Part shown: positions 57,264 through 64,000 of the stretch, piece by piece | How the letters are laid out: each line of letters begins with the position of its first letter | How positions within the stretch are numbered: the first letter of the stretch is position 1 | Assembly: GCA_015661395.1 (NCBI GenBank) | Contig: JACWML010000004.1 | Location: 4,910 to 68,909, forward strand | Source of the DNA: Methanomicrobia archaeon | Lineage (GTDB): Archaea > Halobacteriota > Bog-38 > Methanoflorentales > Methanoflorentaceae | Length of the DNA: 64,000 nucleotides | Direction of reading: 5' to 3' | Position numbers and translations under genes: made by a program | The notes under the pieces: generated by a model | Told to the model about the DNA's origin: nothing | What the model saw: the letters and a program-made list of their open reading frames with translations, nothing else | Databases searched by the model: none

Positions 57264-57722
57264 TCAATCTTTATCTTGTTCTCGCTCAATCTGGCGAATT
57301 CTATCTTTTACCCAATCGGAGACTCTATCCTCGCTCATTTGGTTTGCTTCTTGCTGCTCTCTAATTTTTTCTGACACCAGCTCAAGCAATTCCTTGGAAT
57401 TTACGGGTTTCATAATGTACGCGTCCGCTCCGAGATTAAGGGACTTTACCGCATTCTCGAAACTCGGGAACCCGGTGATGATTATCTTTATCATTTGTGG
57501 ATTAGTCTTGTGCAGTTCAGTGATAAGCTCAGTGCCCTCCATGTCGGGTAGCTTGATGTCTAACAGGCATAAGTTGAAAAAGGCAGCATCCGACCTCTCA
57601 AGAGCTTCTTTGCCGGTAGAAGCTGTTTCTACTACGTAGCCGTCTAGCCGTAAAATCTCTTTCAAGACTGCTAGGATTGTCTCATCGTCGTCGACGATCA
57701 AAATGCTTTTAGTTTCGACCAT
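57264..57722 (-). CDS. response regulator, receiver domain only (CheY-like)
   Basis: ILIVDDDETILAVL...LLDIKLPDMEGTELI...IIITG. 152 aa. Confidence 0.88.
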   Translation of the reverse strand: MVETKSILIVDDDETILAVLKEILRLDGYVVETASTGKEALERSDAAFFNLCLLDIKLPDMEGTELITELHKTNPQMIKIIITGFPSFENAVKSLNLGADAYIMKPVNSKELLELVSEKIREQQEANQMSEDRVSDWVKDRIRQIEREQDKD

Positions 57723-58045
57723 AGGATCCCTCTAGGCATTGCGCGTTTAACTAGTAGAAAGTACGCTTCACATAAAAAAGCTCACCTGTGAAAGGCACCG
57801 AGACTGGCGCGGGTCGAGCGGCCAACCCGTTTAAGCCAGCGCTCGGTCATGCGTACCGTTAGTCTGCAAGTGCGAGCGGCCTCAAAAACCCTGCAGTCTT
57901 CCGCTGTCTATGTTGCAAGCGAGAGAATGGAAAGATGTCCCGCTTGCTTTTGCTTATTCAGATTCTTGTGGTAAAGTAAGTCTTTTTTGGGGGTACTCAA
58001 CTGTCGTCTTCGGCGCGGCACACAAAAATTATATTTCACAATAGG

Positions 58046-58054
58046 TATATATAT
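58046..58054 (+). promoter_or_regulatory. TATA box candidate (distal promoter upstream of the glutamate synthase cluster)
   Basis: The run tatatatat is in an AT-rich context. A second A/T element, aaaaattatattt, is at 58025-58037. Confidence 0.45.
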
Positions 58055-58062
58055 GAATAATA

Positions 58063-58076
58063 GGAACCGTGTTTCC
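58063..58076. promoter_or_regulatory. GGAA-N6-TTCC inverted repeat, NrpR-type nitrogen operator candidate
   Basis: GGAAccgtgtTTCC starts 8 nt downstream of the TATA run. It matches the operator consensus described for NrpR in Methanococcus maripaludis nif/glnA promoters. Confidence 0.5.
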
Positions 58077-58210
58077 AAAAGCCCTATTCTCCGTTGGCAG
58101 GGCTGAAAGAGAACGGAGGCGCTCCTAAAACAATTTTGCAGGTCAAATAAATTGCACTAGTGGTGAAAGTCTATCTCTGTGTTCTTATAACAGACGTTGG
58201 AAGCACAAAA

Positions 58211-58220
58211 ATTTTATAAA
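58211..58220 (+). promoter_or_regulatory. proximal TATA box candidate for the glutamate synthase cluster
   Basis: attttataaa is centred about 40 nt upstream of the TTG start at 58256. Confidence 0.4.
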
Positions 58221-58255
58221 AATGAAAAGATAAAAAAAATAGGGCGGTAGTAAAC

Positions 58256-59323
58256 TTGTGTAGCATATTAGGCATCGTAAACGAAAACGGCAAGCTTTTT
58301 TCTGCAAAATACATTATTGAGGGAATTACCCTAATGAATGAACGATGCAATGGGCTGGGAGGAGGATTCGCAGCTTATGGGCTGTATCCCGAATACAAAG
58401 ACTACTACGCCCTACATATCCTTCTGAAGGATGTTGAACTGAAAGATCAAGTAGCTGAGATGCTGAAGGACTATGTCAATATTTATAAAGACGAAGAAAT
58501 TGAAACGCGCAACGTGGAACGTATACCACAAGATTACACCCCTTGGCGCTTCTTTGTCGACGTGCCTGAACGGTACACAAACGACGCAGACAACTATATC
58601 ATTGATCTTGCGATGAAGATCAACAATACAGGCGGCGCCTTAGTCATCTCGAGTGGCAAGAACATGGGCGTTTTCAAAGCCATTGGCTACCCGGACGAAG
58701 TAGCAAAGCTGTATAAGCTTGAGAATTACAAGGCGTATATGTGGTTAGCTCACGGGAGATACCCTACAAACACGCGCGGTTGGTGGGGCGGGGCACATCC
58801 ATTCAGCATCTTAGATAATAGCATTGTGCATAACGGAGAGATTACTAGTTACGGAACTAACAAACGGTTCCTTGAGTCGTACGGGTATAAGTGCAGCTAT
58901 TTTACCGATTCCGAAGTTTTGGCTTATCTGTGGGATCTTTTGGTTAGACGACACAAGCTGCCCATCGAAGTTGCATCCGAGGTACTAGCTCCTCCGTTCT
59001 GGGAACAGATCGAGCGAATGCCGCCTGAGAAGAGGCGGATCGTAGAGGCGCTGAGAATGACCTACGGTCCTGCAATGGTCAACGGGCCGTTTAGCATTGT
59101 TATTGCAAATGGTTCAGGGCTCACCGGAGTTGCGGGCAATGGTACCATGGTGGGGCTTTCGGACCGAATCAAGTTGCGGCCACTCATCTGCGCTCGAAAA
59201 GATGAAACGACGTTTATGGCGAGCGAGGAGAGTGCGATTAAGGCTGTTTGCAGGAATCCAGACAACGTGTGGGCGCCACGCGCGGGAGAGCCGACAGTCG
59301 CGATGGTGAATGGAGATGTATAG
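58256..59323 (+). CDS. glutamate synthase, class II glutamine amidotransferase domain protein
   Basis: TTG start followed by CSILGIV (N-terminal Cys nucleophile). The Ntn-type GATase pattern includes HGRYPTN and VHNGEI. Confidence 0.8.
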   Translation: MCSILGIVNENGKLFSAKYIIEGITLMNERCNGLGGGFAAYGLYPEYKDYYALHILLKDVELKDQVAEMLKDYVNIYKDEEIETRNVERIPQDYTPWRFFVDVPERYTNDADNYIIDLAMKINNTGGALVISSGKNMGVFKAIGYPDEVAKLYKLENYKAYMWLAHGRYPTNTRGWWGGAHPFSILDNSIVHNGEITSYGTNKRFLESYGYKCSYFTDSEVLAYLWDLLVRRHKLPIEVASEVLAPPFWEQIERMPPEKRRIVEALRMTYGPAMVNGPFSIVIANGSGLTGVAGNGTMVGLSDRIKLRPLICARKDETTFMASEESAIKAVCRNPDNVWAPRAGEPTVAMVNGDV

Positions 59324-60818
59324 TTCCGTTCCTGAGTTCAGGGTTATCATTGACAGGCAAGCGTGCAGGCTGTGCAAAAGGTGCATCGAGAATTGCTCGT
59401 TCGGCGCACTAGAATGGCGAGATAACAAAGTCAAGGCGTTTGACGATCGATGCGTTGCGTGCCAGAGATGCGTTAGTATGTGCCCAGAAGATGCCATAGC
59501 GCTTCGTCGAACGCCCTCGGCTATGAGTGCCCACCCAATTTGGACTGAGAACGCTCGGAGGGACGTATTCACGCAGTCGAGAACAGGCGCCATACTCCTA
59601 GCGAGCACTGGAAACGAACTGCACGAACGTGTCATCTTCGACAATCTGCTTCTTGATGCTTGTCAGGTAACAAACCCAGCAATCGACCCTTTGCGGGAGC
59701 CAATCGAACTTCGAACTTATATCGGTCGAAAGCCCCGATTCGTCGAGCTTGAAGAGCTAGACGACAGTCTTAAGCTTAAGACCGAGCTTTCGCCAGCGCT
59801 TAGGCTTGAGATTCCAATTATGATAGCTCAAATGTCCTACGGAGCTATTAGTCTTGAAGCACATGAGGCGCTGGCACGTGCTGCGGTGATGCGCGGTACA
59901 ACTATGGGCTCTGGGGAGGGGGGCCTCCACAAGAAGCTCTACCCGTATGCAGACCACATTATTGTGCAAGTTGCTAGCGGAAGGTTTGGCGTTCACCCGG
60001 CCTACCTGGAAGCCGGGGCCGCCGTTGAGATTAAGATCGGTCAAGGGGCGAAACCGGGGATTGGAGGTCACTTACCGGGAACTAAGATAACCGAAGAAAT
60101 ATCCGAAGCGCGAATGATCCCGGTAGGGGCCGATGCCATAAGTCCGGCCCCGCACCACGACATCTATTCGATCGAGGACCTCGCCCAACTCGTAAACTCA
60201 CTAAAGGAAGCCACGCGATACAAAAAACCCGTCTTGGTTAAGATAGCTGCCGTTCATAACGTTGCTGCAATCTCCAGTGGTATTTGTCGCGCAGGCGCGG
60301 ATGCGATCGTAATCGACGGATTTCGAGCGGGCACGGGTGCCACTCCTAAGGTAATTCGAGATAACGTTGGCATTCCCATCGAACTGGCACTTGCGAGTGT
60401 AGATCAGCGATTACGCGAAGAAGGTATACGGAATGAAACGAGCATAATTGCCAGTGGCACTATACGGAATAGCGGCGACGTCGCAAAGGCGATAGCGCTT
60501 GGCGCTGACGCCGTGAAGATAGGCACTGCCGCCCTCATCGCGCTCGGCTGCACCGTGTGTAAGCGATGCTATACCGGTAAATGTGCTTGGGGGATAGCTA
60601 CGCAAGATCCGAGACTAAGGTCGCGACTCGATCCCGTTGAAGGTGCGCAGCATGTGTCGAACTTGCTATTGGCTTGGTCGATTGAGCTGAAAGAGATCCT
60701 CGGCGCAGCAGGAATAAACTCAATCGAAAGTTTGAGAGGAAATCGTGACAGGCTCAGGGGCTATGGTCTGGATCACACCATGTTGGAAATACTCGGTGTC
60801 CAACCGGCAGGCAGCTAG
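59310..60818 (+). CDS. glutamate synthase FMN/Fe-S (GltS central) domain protein with an N-terminal 2x[4Fe-4S] ferredoxin module
   Basis: CRLCKRCIENC and CVACQRCVSMCP, then MSYGAIS, GEGG, QGAKPGIGGHLPG, SPAPHHDIYSIEDL and IDGFRAGTGA. Confidence 0.85.
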   Translation: MEMYSSVPEFRVIIDRQACRLCKRCIENCSFGALEWRDNKVKAFDDRCVACQRCVSMCPEDAIALRRTPSAMSAHPIWTENARRDVFTQSRTGAILLASTGNELHERVIFDNLLLDACQVTNPAIDPLREPIELRTYIGRKPRFVELEELDDSLKLKTELSPALRLEIPIMIAQMSYGAISLEAHEALARAAVMRGTTMGSGEGGLHKKLYPYADHIIVQVASGRFGVHPAYLEAGAAVEIKIGQGAKPGIGGHLPGTKITEEISEARMIPVGADAISPAPHHDIYSIEDLAQLVNSLKEATRYKKPVLVKIAAVHNVAAISSGICRAGADAIVIDGFRAGTGATPKVIRDNVGIPIELALASVDQRLREEGIRNETSIIASGTIRNSGDVAKAIALGADAVKIGTAALIALGCTVCKRCYTGKCAWGIATQDPRLRSRLDPVEGAQHVSNLLLAWSIELKEILGAAGINSIESLRGNRDRLRGYGLDHTMLEILGVQPAGS

Positions 60819-60826
60819 GTAAGCGC

Positions 60827-61567
60827 ATGCGCATAGTAGCTAATTATAAGCATTACAAGGAGCTCAATGAGGAGATCTTTCAGGCGGTTCAGGCTGGCGT
60901 AGCTGAGTTGACGCTTGAGGACGTAAACGGCCAAAGGTTTATTGCTGACTGCCTCAAAGGCAAGCTCAATATCGATATCTATGGCACCCCTGGAAACGAT
61001 TTGGGAATGTTTATGGATGGTCCAACGGTAACCGTCTTTGGTAACGCCCAAGACGGCGTCGGAAACACCATGAGTTCCGGGAAAATAATCATACACGGGG
61101 ACGGGCGCGACATCTTGGGTCACAGTATGAGGGGGGGCAAAATCTTTGTCCGCGGCGACGTCGGCTACAGAGTCGGCATACATATGAAGACTTACAAGTC
61201 CAACGTTCCGATAATAGTTGCCGGTGGACGGGCTGGAGATTTCCTCGGAGAGTACATGGCTGGTGGGATGATCATTGTTTTGGGAATTCATAACAGGGCC
61301 AAAAAAGCCGAGATTTTAGGCGATTGGATAGCTACAGGACAACACGGCGGCGCTATTTACGTCAGGGGCAACGTCGACGACAGCAAGCTAGGCAACGGCG
61401 CGTCGCAATTTCCACTGACTTCAGACGACGAAATCGCTGTTAAAAAAGTTCTTAAGGAGTACTGCCATGTTTTTGGCCTTGACCTTGAGAGCCTACTTGA
61501 CTCCGAATTCACAAAGATCGCGCCACTCTCTCATAGGCCATATGCTGCATTATATACCTGTGAATAA
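60827..61567 (+). CDS. glutamate synthase GXGXG (C-terminal alpha-subunit-like) domain protein
   Basis: Repeated beta-helix G-x-x-G-x-x-G pattern: IYGTPGNDLG, VFGNAQDGVGN, IHGDGRDILG, VRGDVGYRVG, VAGGRAGDFLG. Confidence 0.8.
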   Translation: MRIVANYKHYKELNEEIFQAVQAGVAELTLEDVNGQRFIADCLKGKLNIDIYGTPGNDLGMFMDGPTVTVFGNAQDGVGNTMSSGKIIIHGDGRDILGHSMRGGKIFVRGDVGYRVGIHMKTYKSNVPIIVAGGRAGDFLGEYMAGGMIIVLGIHNRAKKAEILGDWIATGQHGGAIYVRGNVDDSKLGNGASQFPLTSDDEIAVKKVLKEYCHVFGLDLESLLDSEFTKIAPLSHRPYAALYTCE

Positions 61568-61581
61568 GTTGTGGAGGCGAC

Positions 61582-62649
61582 ATGGACCTTCTCTCATACA
61601 AAGACCTGAAACGGAAAGTCTGGGATACGGAAAAATGCTGCGGATGTGGGGCGTGTGTTGGCGTATGCCCGACAGAAGCCCTTTATTTTGACGAGGAGCC
61701 TCGCCATCCCAAGTCCAACGATTATTGTAAGGTGACGCGTGATGAGGTTCCTTGCGCGGCTTGTTACTATGCTTGTCCGAGAGCTGATGAAACCTGCTCT
61801 GACGGTTTTGGTACTATCCTATCGATATACGAATCAAAATCCAAGATTCGCGTTTCTGACGCCCAATCTGGCGGAGTTGTCAGCTCCGTACTCGCAGCCG
61901 CTTTCGAATCGAACGCGATTGACGGCGCGATCGTGATGGGCGTAGATAAATGGAGCCAAGCAGCTCAGCCTGCATTCGTTCAAACGTCTGACGCGGTTCT
62001 TGGGGCAGCAGGATCGAGATACGTGTGGGCGCCTATTTTGAAGGCACTCAGAGAAGCCATAGCAGACAGAGAGCTGCACAAGATTGCTATAGTTGGGACG
62101 CCTTGCGTGACTAGTGCGGTCAAAAGGATTCGGCAATCGAACGTCGACGTCTTGTCAATATACAAAAACGCAATTCGAGTTTCGCTCGGGCTGTTTTGCA
62201 CAGAAATATTTACGGATAGTCTCCTCGAAGAGTTGCGAACAGGCCACGGGATTAAGCCGTGGGAGATAAGCGGTTTCGACGTGAAGGGAAAGTTCATCGT
62301 AAAACTGAGAGATAAAGCCGCGCTCGAGTTGCCTCTAAAAGACTTGCGCACGTCAAAGAGAACTGGATGCGAGCACTGCGTGGACTTTACAAGTGAAGAT
62401 GCTGATTTGTCGTTCGGAAGCGTTGGCGCCTCACCTGGACACACGGTTGTAATCGTGCGAACCGATGTCGGTGAAGGTTTTTTGAAACAAGCACAGCGCT
62501 TGGGATATATAGAACTCAGTTCAGGCGTCGATCTTGCCTCTATAGCGAAAATTGGGGCGAAAAAGAAAGGTATACCCTTCGAAACCGCAATGTCACTGCT
62601 CAAAGAACCCGGTTATGACGCGCCATCATCTAGCAGAAAGACTGAATGA
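61582..62649 (+). CDS. coenzyme F420 hydrogenase/dehydrogenase beta subunit (FrhB/FdhB) family protein
   Basis: N-terminal CCGCGACVGVCP ferredoxin motif, then SGGVVS..., VGTPC and LGLFC motifs typical of FrhB-like proteins. Confidence 0.75.
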   Translation: MDLLSYKDLKRKVWDTEKCCGCGACVGVCPTEALYFDEEPRHPKSNDYCKVTRDEVPCAACYYACPRADETCSDGFGTILSIYESKSKIRVSDAQSGGVVSSVLAAAFESNAIDGAIVMGVDKWSQAAQPAFVQTSDAVLGAAGSRYVWAPILKALREAIADRELHKIAIVGTPCVTSAVKRIRQSNVDVLSIYKNAIRVSLGLFCTEIFTDSLLEELRTGHGIKPWEISGFDVKGKFIVKLRDKAALELPLKDLRTSKRTGCEHCVDFTSEDADLSFGSVGASPGHTVVIVRTDVGEGFLKQAQRLGYIELSSGVDLASIAKIGAKKKGIPFETAMSLLKEPGYDAPSSSRKTE

Positions 62650-63430
62650 TTGGTTCCAGATAATCTCTTCCGCGCTTTTGTCCTTCAATCGTCCGATGTT
62701 CGTCTATTAGGAGCCCGTCATATCCTATTTTGTTTAATGCCTCAATGACAGCTCGCCACGGAACTGATCCTTGCCCAACAACCGAGTGCGTTTCTCGAAA
62801 CCCGTCGTTATCGTGGATGTGCACGTGCTTGATTCGCGCGCCGAACTTATGAATCATTTGTGGTACTGGAATGTCGGTGGTGTTGCAGTGGCCCACGTCT
62901 AGGGCCACCTGCAAGAACCTTGATCTCAGTTCGTCGACGATTTCTACGAGAGCGTCGCCAGTCCAAGCTTCTTTAAAAGCGGGCGGGAACCGCGGCATAT
63001 TTTCTATGCAGACGAGAATTTTTTCGTTCTCTGCTTTTTCACATATGCGCAAAAAAGAGTCATCTTCATTTTCCTTTGCGATCCGCTCGAATTTTTGCAA
63101 GCTTCTCGGAAAGCTGACGATACCAGGGTGAACCACGACTAATTCGCAGCCGAGTTCGCTTGCGTACGTGATCGAGTTGAGTATTTCGTAAAGGGACGCG
63201 TTACGAAGCTTGGGATTAATGCTAGCAAGATTCACGCTGCAGAAAGGTGCGTGCATCGTGTACGTGAGATCGTAGCTCCGCTTAAGCTCAGAGAGCAGGC
63301 TCACGTTGGGGGTGCTATAGTGGACGTGGGGAAACTCAGAAACTAGCTCGATAGCAGTAAAGGTCGCAGCGGCGCTTACGATAAATTCTTTAACGTCAAG
63401 CTCAATCGCTGAAGAGACACCATACAGCAT
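62630..63430 (-). CDS. sugar phosphate isomerase/epimerase (xylose isomerase-like TIM barrel)
   Basis: HAPF, VVHPG, IENM, LDVGHCN and VHIHDN motifs. 266 aa. Confidence 0.7.
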   Translation of the reverse strand: MLYGVSSAIELDVKEFIVSAAATFTAIELVSEFPHVHYSTPNVSLLSELKRSYDLTYTMHAPFCSVNLASINPKLRNASLYEILNSITYASELGCELVVVHPGIVSFPRSLQKFERIAKENEDDSFLRICEKAENEKILVCIENMPRFPPAFKEAWTGDALVEIVDELRSRFLQVALDVGHCNTTDIPVPQMIHKFGARIKHVHIHDNDGFRETHSVVGQGSVPWRAVIEALNKIGYDGLLIDEHRTIEGQKRGRDYLEPIIQSFC

Positions 63431-63490
63431 TGTTAAACTCCGATTGGAGGTGGGATGACGTCGACTTCTGACCGATTCGGCCGACTGTGC

Positions 63491-64000
63491 TCACGTCTCG
63501 TACTCTTTCTTAAGTGCTTTAAGAGCTTCGATAACGATCTCCACGTAAAGGCGTGTATCGATGCCATAGTGATCGCGGACTTTTGCCGCATCTTCGTTAT
63601 CGAGTTGCAACCGTTCAATCCGTTCGAGGGTTTTCTCGGCAGTTTCTAATACCCATCTGTTTCGTGTTTCGGAATCGACAACGTTGATGAATTCAGGCCG
63701 TATGGATACCTTGACCGGACCGTCGTTAGTGCGAAATACGTTCAGCTTGCCTACGACAGCCACGAACGCAGGTACTTCTATTGCACTCAACTGGGTGACT
63801 GCCTGTTGCTGATACTGTCCAGCGTATATGGGAAAAACGCCTGTCGGATCGGCCAGTCGAGCGCGCCAGTAGTCAGAATCGACGCCAACGTTTTCCTTTT
63901 CCGTAAGTGTACCGACGACAAACACACGATTGCATTTGGCGCCTGTTGGGGTCAAGAGATACTGTGGCGCGTAGGTATCTTCGTGTTCCTTGTAGACGAG
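63491..64000 (-). CDS. RPA-associated OB-fold protein (COG3390-like), partial; the 5' end lies beyond the right edge
   Basis: TPTGAKCNRVFVVGTLTEKENVG...WRARLADPTGVFPIYAGQYQ matches the pattern I recall for archaeal Rpa-associated proteins. The frame stays open from 63955 to the window end (LVYKEHEDTYAPQYL...). Confidence 0.6.
   Translation of the reverse strand, partial: LVYKEHEDTYAPQYLLTPTGAKCNRVFVVGTLTEKENVGVDSDYWRARLADPTGVFPIYAGQYQQQAVTQLSAIEVPAFVAVVGKLNVFRTNDGPVKVSIRPEFINVVDSETRNRWVLETAEKTLERIERLQLDNEDAAKVRDHYGIDTRLYVEIVIEALKALKKEYET

Noticed and set aside
58077-58130. I tested the idea that the glutamate synthase leader is a known glutamine (glnA-motif) riboswitch.
   Set aside because: I could not match the conserved core of that motif as I recall it, and the family is known mainly from cyanobacteria and marine bacteria. 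It is reported only as an unclassified structured leader.

Overview
The window looks like an archaeal, euryarchaeote-like chromosome segment made mostly of core information-processing genes. The minus strand from 34.7 to 47.8 kb carries rpoH, rpoB'', rpoB', rpoA', rpoA'', L30e, NusA, S12, S7, EF-2, EF-1alpha, S10 and tRNA-Ser. Both rpoB and rpoA are split. Other recognisable genes are aCPSF1/FttA, proteasome beta, FEN-1, a presenilin-like protease, CCA-adding enzyme, RNase Z, HisG, FBP aldolase/phosphatase, RFC small subunit, S8e, HypB, SRP19, Gar1, TFB and PdxT. A four-gene glutamate synthase cluster includes an FrhB-like, F420-type subunit. Three tRNAs (Ser-UGA, Lys-UUU, Ala-CGC) are present and all carry an intron at the canonical 37/38 position. 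I found no rRNA, CRISPR array, transposase or integrase. Accessory-looking DNA is limited to about 0-9.4 kb and 27.3-33 kb. The most unusual locus is a visibly GC-richer segment of about 5.5 kb (about 3.8-9.3 kb). It holds an orphan small-plus-large terminase pair (TerL has an extra C-terminal region of about 190 aa), a frameshifted secreted thermonuclease and a zinc-ribbon membrane protein. It ends at an isolated tRNA 3' half flanked by GGTGCG repeats. No capsid, portal or integrase lies next to it. Other points of interest: a perfect 53-bp tandem duplication that frameshifts a HEAT-repeat gene; a GGAA-N6-TTCC (NrpR-type) operator beside a TATA box upstream of the glutamate synthase cluster, followed by a long structured leader; an RFC gene whose conserved N-terminus has no canonical start codon; two lysine-rich micro-ORFs with their own TATA boxes; and a compact Cys-rich PriS-like primase among unknown genes. 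I cannot show that any of these is a complete novel multi-gene system. The terminase island and the 28.4-32.3 kb cluster of unknowns are the best candidates. All family assignments come from motif recognition by eye, not from database searches.
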